Positions 36,968 to 46,470 of a stretch of 64,000 nt of DNA are shown here, one piece after another; within the stretch, counting starts at the first letter, position 1, and every line of letters starts with the position of its first letter. The DNA is from a virus: positions 2,297 to 66,296 of the IMG/VR virus record IMGVR_UViG_3300046328_000056. One strand, written 5' to 3'. The position numbers were made by a program, and so were the translations under genes. Under the pieces are notes generated by a model. It was not told the origin of the DNA. It made no database searches and saw nothing but the letters and a program-made list of their open reading frames with translations.

Positions 36968-37392
36968 GATTCATCCTTAAAAAACTTTTGGTACGTCACA
37001 CTCTGTACCTCATACCCATGAGAGCCAGCGGATTTCCTCCAGCCCGGGCGTCCAATAAATTCAATGCCGGAGCATCCGGCGTCCTTGGCAAACCTGTCAA
37101 GCAGGTCGTACATCTCATCTTCCACATACTGCATGTGGTTTGGCTCACCCGCGCAGTACTGCACAACAAGCATTTTGCGTCGTGGGTAGTCTTTAACCTC
37201 AGTTATGACATGACCATAAATCTCATTATCGTCGTGTCCCACCCACAATTGCATCTGTCCGTTCAATACAAACCGCAAAATATCATCGACTGTGGCACGT
37301 CCCCGTGTCCACTCCTGCGATTTCACCAAGTAAGGCAGTAAAGAAGGGATGACCCCTGCTACCGTTCCGGGCGGAATCAACGACATTCTCAT
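36964..37392 (-). CDS. GNAT-like protein
   Basis: QMQLW...ITEV..YP...FAKDAGCSGIEFIGRPGW. Confidence 0.6.
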   Translation of the reverse strand: MRMSLIPPGTVAGVIPSLLPYLVKSQEWTRGRATVDDILRFVLNGQMQLWVGHDDNEIYGHVITEVKDYPRRKMLVVQYCAGEPNHMQYVEDEMYDLLDRFAKDAGCSGIEFIGRPGWRKSAGSHGYEVQSVTYQKFFKDES

Positions 37393-39449
37393 GCGGGCAA
37401 GTACTTCTCAGAACGGCTGTTCTTGGCTACCTTACCTTTGCCCACTGTGCTTCCACGGGCCTTTTGGATTCGGTCCATCATGGCGTACAGCTTACGTGCG
37501 CCAGCTTCAGTCGAGCCATTGCCCAACTCAGAAACGATACGCGCAGGTACAACAAATTCACCGTCGGCTAAACGTGCGGGTTGCTTTTTGCCAATCACAG
37601 CGGGAATGGAGTCAGACACGCCGTCACCGGGGCCTTTGAGTAGTCGGCCACCATCGGAGTAATCGCCAAGGTGAGATATACCACCAGCGGCCATCAAGCC
37701 ACCATTTGCCGCGCCTGCGGCCCCCGCAGCCATACCATGTGCGCCTGTACCCATAGCAGCAGCACCGCCGCCGCTTCCACTGCCGGTAGAAACACCGCCA
37801 CTACCCCCAGCAGCGCCCCCTCCAACGCCGTGTAGACCAGCCAAAGCCGCTGAGGGGCTAGTTGTACTGGCGGCTGTTTGACCCGCCATACCTGCTGGGC
37901 CGAAACCTAAAGCACCAGCATTGCCGGTCATTGCGCCGGGTGTACCAAAACCAATACCTGAACCCGTGGTGCCAACACCTTGCAGCCCTTGCAAAGCCGC
38001 AGCAATAACCTGTGCTTGTTGGGCGTTGTTTGCTTCCGCTTTTGCTTGGGCATCCGCCAATGTGCTTTCAGAGTTGAGCATGTCGCCCGCGTCTACAACT
38101 TGGACGGCATCTGGGTTGGGGTTTGGCTTGCTCATTTTGAAAGCAAGATAGCCAAGCCCGTTTGAAAGCGCATCCCCCACCTTACTCATCGCCAAAGAAG
38201 GAACAGCCATCGGAGAAATATTGCCGCCACCGTCGGTGAGAGACTTCGCAATAGAGATGAGTCCTGCACCGGGCATGACTGCGTTGATGAACTTTGCTTG
38301 GCTTGCTTGGTGCGCGGCCAAACCTTCTGGGCTCAGGCTATTGAAGTAGCCGTTGATTTGAGCTTGTTGGGGGTTGACGCCGCCACGACCAGATTGAGCA
38401 GGGGCGGAAGATGCGTTTTGGGTCTGGTTGTCAGACGGCATTGACTCGATTTTGCTGAACAACTGTGTCAAGGGGTCGTATGTGTAACCTGTATCTGCTG
38501 GAACTGCGCCGCCATCAGCAAACGCCATTTCCCCAGTCATAGGGTTAACGCCAGTATCTGAAACATCAGAGATTACATTGCGGGAGATTGGCGTTTGCCA
38601 AGGCGCTGCATACGCGCCCTTGTTGATGTCGGCCATTGGGTAGCCAGTGTTTGCCCCAACAGCGTTCGCCTCTGACATAGCCTCGATGGGGCCACCGCCA
38701 GCATATGCCTTCGTATATATGGGTTTGAAGTACGTTTGCTCACGACCGTATGGGTCGGGTGTTGGGGTCGGATTGACTCGACCGGGAGAGTATGTGTACT
38801 TAGGATTTGGGGTGGTGTCGCCCTTGATTTCAGGTTGTTTGGTTGTCGGCTCGATAGCCTGCATCACTGCTGGGGCTGCGGCAGCGGCGTACTTCCAATT
38901 GTTCTTAAAGAAGTCTCCGGGGGCTTCACCAATCTGGGAAAAGCCCGCTTTTGCTTTGTCCATGAACGGCATTTCTGCGGCTTTGGCTAGTTGAGCAGTG
39001 CGAAGAGCGTTGACCTGCTCGGCGTACTTGGCGGTGTCCCCTGCAAATTGAGGCATACCGGCGGCTTTAATGCCCTCGGCGGCCAAAGCACCTTCACCTG
39101 CGCCCATCAACCCACCCATCATGCCAGCGCCGCCATATGCGCCAAGACCCGCCATCAAGCCTTTGCTCAAGCTACCTGTCGCTGCGCTAGTCACACCACC
39201 CATAAGCAAGCTCGCCATCATAGGAGGCATACCCATAGCGGACATGGCCGCGCCACCAACCAACGGCAAAATGCTGGACAAAAAGCCAGCTTCGGGCAAA
39301 CCAGTCTGGGGGTTGATGCTTAAAGAGCCACCGCTGGCGCGGGCCAAATCCTGAAGTCCTTTGACTTCCCCTTGGGACATGTGGACGAGCGTAGTGTCAG
39401 GGCCTCGGCCTTGGCCGGAAAGATGTTGGGCGGCAGCGTGTAGGCTCAT
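37389..39449 (-). CDS. Internal virion protein
   Basis: 686 aa, Gly/Ala-rich; GRGPDTTLVHM...INPQTGLPEA; C-terminal GPGDGVSDSIPA...RLADGEFVVPA. Confidence 0.7.
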   Translation of the reverse strand: MSLHAAAQHLSGQGRGPDTTLVHMSQGEVKGLQDLARASGGSLSINPQTGLPEAGFLSSILPLVGGAAMSAMGMPPMMASLLMGGVTSAATGSLSKGLMAGLGAYGGAGMMGGLMGAGEGALAAEGIKAAGMPQFAGDTAKYAEQVNALRTAQLAKAAEMPFMDKAKAGFSQIGEAPGDFFKNNWKYAAAAAPAVMQAIEPTTKQPEIKGDTTPNPKYTYSPGRVNPTPTPDPYGREQTYFKPIYTKAYAGGGPIEAMSEANAVGANTGYPMADINKGAYAAPWQTPISRNVISDVSDTGVNPMTGEMAFADGGAVPADTGYTYDPLTQLFSKIESMPSDNQTQNASSAPAQSGRGGVNPQQAQINGYFNSLSPEGLAAHQASQAKFINAVMPGAGLISIAKSLTDGGGNISPMAVPSLAMSKVGDALSNGLGYLAFKMSKPNPNPDAVQVVDAGDMLNSESTLADAQAKAEANNAQQAQVIAAALQGLQGVGTTGSGIGFGTPGAMTGNAGALGFGPAGMAGQTAASTTSPSAALAGLHGVGGGAAGGSGGVSTGSGSGGGAAAMGTGAHGMAAGAAGAANGGLMAAGGISHLGDYSDGGRLLKGPGDGVSDSIPAVIGKKQPARLADGEFVVPARIVSELGNGSTEAGARKLYAMMDRIQKARGSTVGKGKVAKNSRSEKYLPA

Positions 39450-39483
39450 TTTTGCCTCTTAGAACGGGGGTTTGTGGATACTA

Positions 39484-40182
39484 TCATGGGAAGAGCGCCG
39501 AGACAAATGTGATTGACCCGATTGCAGAGGGAACTGCGGGGTGCGGCATAGGCGTAGTTTGGGCAGCTTGGCCGTACATGTATATGCCGGTTGCCCCGCC
39601 AGAAGTGGCGACTTGGGCTGCGCCCCACCACAGCCCGACAGAGTCTCCAGCAGTCAACTCAAAGACAACCTCAGAATATGCGGTAACAAATGCCGGAACC
39701 CCGGCGCTCTTGCGAGCAGGGACTGTGAAGATGGTGGACGAATTGGCAATATCGGCGGCGGAAGTTGATCCGTTTACACGCAACCACACAACAGTGTCGT
39801 GCGCCAGATTGTCATCATTGGCAAGCTGGAGGCTGTACGTTATTTTGTAGATGCCTGAAACTATGGCCGTGGCTGTGTAGCTTGGGTTTAAGGTGAAGCC
39901 ATTACCGCCTTCTAGCGTATCCCATTCAACAATAGTAGGAGTGTTTGCCGCAGTCAAATATTGCGTGGCACTGTCGGATGCAGCAATGAACGGAAACTGC
40001 AACAACGCCCCGCCAGTCTCAGTCGTAAAAAGCTGAAGGAAATTCTGAAGCTGATTGAAGTACAGCCGCAGGGCGTTGGAATACTGCTCTTGGTACTGCG
40101 CGTCGTACTGCATCGGAGCCGCCAACAGCCGAGGCTGCTGGGGCGCGATAAGAGGGGCAATCTTAAATTGTGGGAGTGCCAT
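39484..40182 (-). CDS. Tail-associated structural protein
   Basis: 232 aa; N-terminal LRLYFNQL helix and a beta-rich C-terminus; follows the tail hub gene. Confidence 0.65.
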   Translation of the reverse strand: MALPQFKIAPLIAPQQPRLLAAPMQYDAQYQEQYSNALRLYFNQLQNFLQLFTTETGGALLQFPFIAASDSATQYLTAANTPTIVEWDTLEGGNGFTLNPSYTATAIVSGIYKITYSLQLANDDNLAHDTVVWLRVNGSTSAADIANSSTIFTVPARKSAGVPAFVTAYSEVVFELTAGDSVGLWWGAAQVATSGGATGIYMYGQAAQTTPMPHPAVPSAIGSITFVSALFP

Positions 40183-42380
40183 CAGCGACGTCCATCTGGT
40201 CGGGTATCAATACGCGGCGTACCTAACTGCCAAGCCACGCCAAGGTCGTTGGACACCACTTTGAACGCCATCTGCCGCCCCCGAATACGCACAAACACTT
40301 GCTGCGTAAACTGCTGCACGGTGAAGTACCGCTGGTTCTGATAGTTGTCAGCGCTGGTAACAGTGGGGGAATCTGACACGCCGTAGTTTGTACCGGGAAA
40401 CTGGCGCGGGCGCACAGTGAAATCCAATGATGGGTTGTTCACAGTTGAGCCGTCAAAGGTCACGTCGGGGATGATGCGGGTCACCAAACCAAAGTTATGG
40501 CCGTCACCAATATCAAAGTCTGAAGACTGCACATAGGCTTCAATCGGCGTGGCGGGGTTCGTTGTGCCGTCGTCATTGCCGTTCTCGTGGTAGATGAGTT
40601 GGCCGTTATAGCCAGCCGCCATAGGCGTTGCCCGCAAGGGGGAGTCCAGCCAGTATGTACGCGCCAAAGTGCCGTAGTACCAAGTGCGCTCGAGATGGTT
40701 GAAGATGACATACTTGTCGATGGTGGTTGAACTGGCTGAGCAATAGAACCACCAGATTTCGTTGTAACCCTCGTTGGTGCTGGCAAAGAATTGAAACTGC
40801 TGTGACAAGTTAATGTCGTTGTACACGTACTGGCGCAGAGAACAGGGAAGTGTCTCTACACGACCTGAGTACATGTAAAACTTGTCTGTGCCCATCCAAT
40901 ATGTCACGTTGTTGGCTGTAGCTACGGCGTTTGGCCCCATGATAGAGATGTTGTCGCCCATCAACTGGAAGCCCCACACGTAAGGCGGGCCAAGGTACTG
41001 CATGGAGTAAATGGCGGAGTCCGTTATCACCAAAATCTCTTGCCGGGTCTGGATTGCCGTAATGATTTGGGAACCGTGGCTGAGTTGATAGCTGCCCGCT
41101 TGGTTGGTGATTGCTGGAGCCCATGTAGCAATCGACTCTTGGTCAGACCAACGAATTAACATCGGATTTTGCACGGTGCTTCCGTAGTCCGTACAACCAA
41201 AAGCAAGTACAAACCGTGATGAGTCGGACACCATCACAAAGTTGGCAACGGTCGGGCAAGAGGAATCAATAGAAATTGACCCTGCTTTTGTAACCACAGT
41301 GGCGCTGGGGCCAAGCAACTGCCCCCGGTTAAACGTGTTTGCTGACGCTGCATTCGCCCAGTAATACAGTGCGCCACCACGGGGGTTAAACACCAAATCC
41401 TCACCAAAGTTAGATTGGCTCCAAAGACGCAACTGATCGCCAATACCTTGACCCGCAGGTGCGGGAGCGCCCCAACCAGTAAAAGTTGTAGATTGGATAA
41501 CCGCCGCGCCGTCGGCGTGAGTGGTAGCCGCGCCTGAACCTGTGCCGCTCACGCCGCGAGTACAGCCTGTGAACTCAGTTGCGGTAACACCGGAATACGT
41601 AATTGTTTCCGAGTCAATCAGAATAGAGCCCGTGCTTGTAAACCCCGTCGTTGAGGTCACAGTCACGGTTGTATTGGAGCTTGAAAGCGTACCGCCTGAT
41701 ACCGCAGTGGTTCGCGTGCCAAGAATAATGCCGCCCCAAGTACCTGCACCCCAACCCACGTTCTGGGTAAAGATTTCATTACCGGACGTGATTTGATACG
41801 CGCCAACCACGGATGCGCCGCCATTACCAACATCACTGCTGTTGGCTGCAACAGAGGAGGTAATAGTGTAGGTATTGGATGTCAGGTATGTAATCTGAAA
41901 CTCGGCGTTCAAAATGGCGGCGGTGATAACACCGCCCAAGGACACCGCACCACTAAAAGTAACAAAGTCCCCAGTCTGAGCTCCGTGCCCAGCGTCTGTA
42001 ACCGTGATGGTGGTAGACCCGTTAACTGCTGCAAAGGTGACTTCGCCAGCAGTCGTGGTAGTTCGGATGGGGGTCACATCATAGAAATTACCGCCTGTGC
42101 CGTTTTGGATGTAGTATTTAAGGTTTGTGCCAAGCGCCAACAAGTTGTAGCCAGACAGATTCAACCAATTCCACATGGCGCGGCACACGCCCCAATAGTC
42201 ACCGGCGGGGGGCTGCAAAGTAGATGCGTTCGATCCCGTATCAAGAACCCATCCACCAAGCTTTTCGGGGTAGCCAGAACGAAACCGAATTTTGTCCGAC
42301 TCAAACCAACCGCCTTCGTTGGAAAGCGTTGTGCCTTCGCGGTTGATGCCGGGTCTAAATTGCAGTTTCTGTAACGGCAT
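40182..42380 (-). CDS. Tail hub / packaged-DNA stabilization protein (P22 gp10-like)
   Basis: 732 aa, beta-rich; MPLQKLQFRPGINRE, IRWSDQE, EIWWFY, ends PDGRR. Confidence 0.7.
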   Translation of the reverse strand: MPLQKLQFRPGINREGTTLSNEGGWFESDKIRFRSGYPEKLGGWVLDTGSNASTLQPPAGDYWGVCRAMWNWLNLSGYNLLALGTNLKYYIQNGTGGNFYDVTPIRTTTTAGEVTFAAVNGSTTITVTDAGHGAQTGDFVTFSGAVSLGGVITAAILNAEFQITYLTSNTYTITSSVAANSSDVGNGGASVVGAYQITSGNEIFTQNVGWGAGTWGGIILGTRTTAVSGGTLSSSNTTVTVTSTTGFTSTGSILIDSETITYSGVTATEFTGCTRGVSGTGSGAATTHADGAAVIQSTTFTGWGAPAPAGQGIGDQLRLWSQSNFGEDLVFNPRGGALYYWANAASANTFNRGQLLGPSATVVTKAGSISIDSSCPTVANFVMVSDSSRFVLAFGCTDYGSTVQNPMLIRWSDQESIATWAPAITNQAGSYQLSHGSQIITAIQTRQEILVITDSAIYSMQYLGPPYVWGFQLMGDNISIMGPNAVATANNVTYWMGTDKFYMYSGRVETLPCSLRQYVYNDINLSQQFQFFASTNEGYNEIWWFYCSASSTTIDKYVIFNHLERTWYYGTLARTYWLDSPLRATPMAAGYNGQLIYHENGNDDGTTNPATPIEAYVQSSDFDIGDGHNFGLVTRIIPDVTFDGSTVNNPSLDFTVRPRQFPGTNYGVSDSPTVTSADNYQNQRYFTVQQFTQQVFVRIRGRQMAFKVVSNDLGVAWQLGTPRIDTRPDGRR

Positions 42381-42382
42381 TT

Positions 42383-42904
42383 TTAAAACTCCAATACAAA
42401 AATTTGCAGGCTTTCACGCATACGGGCATCAATTGCAGTTATGGTAGTTGTATGCCAGAGTGGCGGCTTATACGAAATACCGACGTTATGCTCCGGAAAC
42501 ACGCATGAAATTTTTTCAAACGGGGCTTCCCCTTGTGCATACAAGTGCGCCCCACCCCAATCATATTTCCACTCCGGATTTAAATATATTGTAGTTGTAT
42601 AGATGTACTTTCCGTCATTGTGCCAAGGAATAAATGCGCCGCGTGGAAACAAGTTGATGTGTGCAGACCAGTTCTTGGGCTTGTTGGGTAGAACCCCCTT
42701 TGCGAGCAACTCTTCCGCAAGTTGCTCTCGATCCAGCGCTTCCAAATCAAACTGGAAAATAGGGTTGCTCATTCCCACAACTGCTTCGGAGTAGTGAAAA
42801 TAACTTGTTTTTGATGGCTGCCGCCCATCTCTGGTTAAATGGTGCAGCCTTGAAAGCAATTTTTGAGACAGCACATTTTTTGTGATTTTTACATCTACAT
42901 CCAT
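42383..42904 (-). CDS. 2OG-Fe(II) oxygenase
   Basis: HxD (PWHND), YLNPEW..DWGG, distal His (LWHT), R.SLQ. Confidence 0.85.
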   Translation of the reverse strand: MDVDVKITKNVLSQKLLSRLHHLTRDGRQPSKTSYFHYSEAVVGMSNPIFQFDLEALDREQLAEELLAKGVLPNKPKNWSAHINLFPRGAFIPWHNDGKYIYTTTIYLNPEWKYDWGGAHLYAQGEAPFEKISCVFPEHNVGISYKPPLWHTTTITAIDARMRESLQIFVLEF

Positions 42905-42908
42905 AATA

Positions 42909-43376
42909 TTAAGCCACAAGTCCAGAAAGATACTGTGTTTTACCAGCTACCTTGGTCGCAGTCAATTCTTGCTTTTTCAAGTTGTTCGGGTCGTAAGACA
43001 CATGCACCCAGCCGCTGTCAGGGATGCCGGGGGTGTAGAACTCAAGAATGAGTTGGGTGTATTCTAGGTTATCCATGATCCATTGAGCAAGCTCTGCATT
43101 GGCCACTCCGGGTATCTCAATATCGGCTGCTCGGCCAAGGCAATGGTCTGAGGTCTTCGAGCCTCCGGTGGCTTGGTTGACGGCTGGAGCACGGAACCCT
43201 GAGTTCACCTTGACGCCTTTGCCAAAGTGGTCACGCACGGGCTGGAGGACTTTCTCGCACAGCAGGCGCAGGGCTTCAATCTCTGCTTCGCCGGGGGTGT
43301 TGTCCAGATCGTTACGCAAGGCAGTGTCGGACTTGGTCAGTTCGTGCAGAGAAAAGTTGGCGGTGAGTTGTGTCAT
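42909..43376 (-). CDS. Endolysin, peptidase M15 family
   Basis: NFSLHELTKS, VNSGFR, SDHCLGRAADI, WVHVS. Confidence 0.9.
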   Translation of the reverse strand: MTQLTANFSLHELTKSDTALRNDLDNTPGEAEIEALRLLCEKVLQPVRDHFGKGVKVNSGFRAPAVNQATGGSKTSDHCLGRAADIEIPGVANAELAQWIMDNLEYTQLILEFYTPGIPDSGWVHVSYDPNNLKKQELTATKVAGKTQYLSGLVA

Positions 43377-43840
43377 TTGATACCTTTCTGTGATTCAAGA
43401 GCTTGGTTGTACAGGGTGATGCAGGCGTTGAGCTTTTCAATGGCTCGGTTGCCTTCATCGGTTATTTCGAAAATAGCTTTTCCAAACGCCGGGTCAAGTT
43501 CGGCTCGTGCCTCTCCTCGGTTATCTCCTGCGGCAATGGCGGTATCTGGGGAGGCTGGTACGGGGCAGGTCGTTTTGACAGGAACCCGCAACTTGAGAGC
43601 ACCACTGTCAAGAGCAAAATCGCGCTCCTTGGTGGCAAGCTTGGCTTTTTCATTGGTCTTCCTCAGTGCATCAGCAGTTGTTGTCACAGCGGCTGTCAGT
43701 GCCGCCTCCTTGGCCCTGGCTTGGGTATTCAGGCGATCTACCTCGACCTGTTGAGCTTCTTTCTCAGCCTTGCCCCCATACCAATACCCGCCGCCGAATG
43801 TCAGCAGCAGGGCAATCAGGCCAGACAGCAGGTTACGCAT
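43373..43840 (-). CDS. Rz: Inner-membrane spanin
   Basis: N-terminal TM, coiled coil, GALKLRVPV, LNACI. Confidence 0.8.
   Translation of the reverse strand: MRNLLSGLIALLLTFGGGYWYGGKAEKEAQQVEVDRLNTQARAKEAALTAAVTTTADALRKTNEKAKLATKERDFALDSGALKLRVPVKTTCPVPASPDTAIAAGDNRGEARAELDPAFGKAIFEITDEGNRAIEKLNACITLYNQALESQKGIK
43462..43653 (-). CDS. Rz1: Outer-membrane lipoprotein spanin embedded in Rz
   Basis: Lipobox LSSC after a hydrophobic stretch; Pro-rich mature part; fully nested in an alternate frame of Rz. Confidence 0.8.
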   Translation of the reverse strand: MKKPSLPPRSAILLLTVVLSSCGFLSKRPAPYQPPQIPPLPQEITEERHEPNLTRRLEKLFSK

Positions 43841-44162
43841 CGCCGGTCTTCCCACGGACGTAGGCTTGTGCGGCCATGAACGCCACGACGATGGTGCCCA
43901 TTGCGGCGCAGTAGGTGGTGACCAAGCCGTTCAAGGCGTTGACTTTCTCCAAACTGACTAGGTTGGAGGCCAAAAAAGCAATCAAGGCGGGTGGCAATGC
44001 AAGCGCAGCCCATGACATGACACGCTGTTGGTCGGCCATCTTGTCCATGTTCTCAATCATCAACATCCGCTCGGAGCGGGCCAGCTCAGCGTCGGTCACA
44101 ACGCCGTCGTGGTCGGTGTCAAATTGGTTATACGTCGAGTTCTTTTCCAGTTGTTTTGTCAT
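43833..44162 (-). CDS. Probable holin with an EF-hand-like loop
   Basis: Two TM segments within the lysis cassette; DTDHDGVVTDAE. Confidence 0.6.
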   Translation of the reverse strand: MTKQLEKNSTYNQFDTDHDGVVTDAELARSERMLMIENMDKMADQQRVMSWAALALPPALIAFLASNLVSLEKVNALNGLVTTYCAAMGTIVVAFMAAQAYVRGKTGDA

Positions 44163-44313
44163 TTCGTTTCTCCTGCTCTATCTGCCGTCTTAACTTTTCT
44201 ACCTTTTCCACCTGCTGCTTGACTTCGTGCTTGGCTTCCAACACGTCCAAGTACAACATCCCAAGCACTGGGAGCATGAGGGCGACCAACACACAAGCGG
44301 CAATCCATCCCAT
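44128..44313 (-). CDS. Small membrane protein with coiled coil
   Basis: MGWIAACVLVALMLPVLGMLYL...; TGATG coupling to the upstream gene. Confidence 0.55.
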   Translation of the reverse strand: MGWIAACVLVALMLPVLGMLYLDVLEAKHEVKQQVEKVEKLRRQIEQEKRNDKTTGKELDV

Positions 44314-45011
44314 CACGTCTTCCCCAAACGATTTATGAACAGGAACCACAGCCACAGGTAAAGGAGGAATAGGAAAGTCGCTACGAGATACGCTGACTTT
44401 GCTTGGAAGTTTCTTTTTTCCTCCCGTCGTTGCCATTGTTTGTACCTCTCCTGCGCCTCTTCCTTCAACCTTGCCTTCTCCTGCTCCTCCTGTATCACGC
44501 TCCGCATCTCAAACACTTTGGAATACAGCGCTCCCATCTCAGGCGGCGACCGGTACACCATTGTCTCTCTGACCTCAACTTCCAGCGCCGCCATCTGATC
44601 CATCACCATAACCCGCTGCAAGGCGGCTTCCATCAAGTTGGCATCAGGGTCGTAGACGGTCTGGCTCTTTTCTTCCTCTTCTCTTATGTGCGCCGCAAGC
44701 TTCTCTTGAAGCCTGAAAAGCTCCGTGAGCTGGCTGACGACATCGGCCATGATTTTGGTTTCGTCAACGGCAACGAACTTTTCTTTCTTCTTTTGCGCCA
44801 CAGGCTGGCTTTGAGCTGGTTTTGGCGAACCGCCAAACATTCTTGCCAGTTTGCCCCAGAAGCCATATACCTCCTGTGCAACTCCAATAGCCTCGTCAAC
44901 CGTTGCCTTGACCTCCATGAAAGATGTCTTAGCTTGCTTGTATAGCTCACAACCTTCCTTGATGGCGGCGACACAAGCATTTGCAGCAAAGAGGATGCTG
45001 ATCGGATCAAT
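44313..45011 (-). CDS. Coiled-coil membrane-anchored protein, probable ATT start
   Basis: Frame open to ATT 45011 giving (M)DPISILFAANACVAAIKEGCELYK; SD AGGAG 6 nt upstream; C-terminal TM. Confidence 0.65.
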   Translation of the reverse strand: MDPISILFAANACVAAIKEGCELYKQAKTSFMEVKATVDEAIGVAQEVYGFWGKLARMFGGSPKPAQSQPVAQKKKEKFVAVDETKIMADVVSQLTELFRLQEKLAAHIREEEEKSQTVYDPDANLMEAALQRVMVMDQMAALEVEVRETMVYRSPPEMGALYSKVFEMRSVIQEEQEKARLKEEAQERYKQWQRREEKRNFQAKSAYLVATFLFLLYLWLWFLFINRLGKT

Positions 45012-45014
45012 TTC

Positions 45015-45281
45015 TTACTCCTGATCTGGTGTCTTTGCCATATCTTCTGGTGCATGTTCAACACCGGGCGGCAAGAAAAACACGCCTTCAGGAGGAAGCG
45101 GGTAGTCATCTGGATTAAAAGGAGCGATATTGCCAGACGCCTCTAGCTCGGCAAACAACGCTTTACCAAAAGGCTCGACGTCATCTTTTGTGGCGGTGAA
45201 CGGAATCCACCCATATACAGGATGCTCAATGTCACAGTCTATTCCACCGACTCTTGTCCAACGTGCGTTTTTGTATTGCAT
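45015..45281 (-). CDS. Tail fibre assembly chaperone-like protein
   Basis: IDCDIEHPVYGWIPFTATKDDVEPFG; TGATG-coupled to the fibre gene. Confidence 0.7.
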   Translation of the reverse strand: MQYKNARWTRVGGIDCDIEHPVYGWIPFTATKDDVEPFGKALFAELEASGNIAPFNPDDYPLPPEGVFFLPPGVEHAPEDMAKTPDQE

Positions 45282-46450
45282 CAAGAAATCCTCATCCAAA
45301 TAGTTTGATCCCAAGAGGAGCCAACCGCATACCCCAAACATTTCCAAGTCCCACTTACAGAGTACCCGGCGTTCATCCAACCATTACCGTTATTGCCGGA
45401 AGGTGTGTTGTTAGTTCCTGCGGTAGAACCTTTCCACATACCCGCCGGAAACAAGCTGCTTCCAGCAACATTACTGCCAAAAGCAACGCCCCCGACGTAG
45501 CTGCCAAGAAAGGCCAACGTGCCCACAGCGCCCGCCGACAAACCTCCTATTGCAGTCCCAATTTGTGCGCTTGTAACAGTAGTCACTGTCCCAGCATTTG
45601 TAGCATTGGTGGCGTTCGTAGCGTTGGTCGCATTGGTAACTGCTGTTGCACCAATCTGCCCAACAATATCCGCAGCGGAAGCCGTGGTGACGGCCCCTGT
45701 TCCTGCGCCTTTGAGAATCGCCCCGGAAGTAAAAGTCGTGGCCCCAGTACCGCCGTTGGCGACTGGCAAAGTGCCTGTCACGTTGGTTGTTAAATGGGCA
45801 AAAGTAATTGAGGTTGTCCCCGTTCCACCATTGGCTATGGGTAATGTTCCTGTGACATCAGTAGTCAACCCGACCTGAGCAAACGAAGTATTGGTGCCGT
45901 CTGAGCGAAGCACGCGGTTGTTTGTCTGTGCTGGGAGCAAAGCATTGAATGCCGCATTTGCTGTTGTCTGCCCAGTACCGCCTTTATTGATTGCCAAAGT
46001 GCCAGTCAGGTTCTGGGCCTGCAAGTCATAGAAACTTGTTCCGTCAGACCAGACCATGACTTTGTCGCCGTTTGCAATCGCAATGCCTGTACCTGCTGCG
46101 ATGGTATTACCAATTACAGTGGAGTTGTAAATTGTGGCGGTGTACCCACTGTTGTTCCAGATGATGTACGACTTGGAAACGGGCGGCGCATAAATGGAAA
46201 AAGCTGCGCTAGTAGCGGTTGTCAACCGGAGCATAGCGTATACCGCCTGATTCAGCGCCGCAGTAGACGTTGCGCCGTTCAAATAGGTCAGCGCCTGATT
46301 TGCCGTTGTTACGCTGACGGTCTGATACCCCGCAATAGCATTGTCCAAAATATTTGAAAAGTTGCTGTTTGTGGTCGTCCCTAAAGCCCCGGCTTGGTCG
46401 CCGGAACCAATCAACTCAATGCGGAGACTGTTTGAATATGTGCTGCTCAT
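45281..46450 (-). CDS. Tail fibre protein, copy 2
   Basis: 389 aa; VTGTLP(I/V)ANGGTG and NAT repeats; C-terminal GTWKCLG...WMRIS. Confidence 0.85.
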   Translation of the reverse strand: MSSTYSNSLRIELIGSGDQAGALGTTTNSNFSNILDNAIAGYQTVSVTTANQALTYLNGATSTAALNQAVYAMLRLTTATSAAFSIYAPPVSKSYIIWNNSGYTATIYNSTVIGNTIAAGTGIAIANGDKVMVWSDGTSFYDLQAQNLTGTLAINKGGTGQTTANAAFNALLPAQTNNRVLRSDGTNTSFAQVGLTTDVTGTLPIANGGTGTTSITFAHLTTNVTGTLPVANGGTGATTFTSGAILKGAGTGAVTTASAADIVGQIGATAVTNATNATNATNATNAGTVTTVTSAQIGTAIGGLSAGAVGTLAFLGSYVGGVAFGSNVAGSSLFPAGMWKGSTAGTNNTPSGNNGNGWMNAGYSVSGTWKCLGYAVGSSWDQTIWMRIS

Positions 46451-46470
46451 GCTTTATCCTTTGCGTTGCA

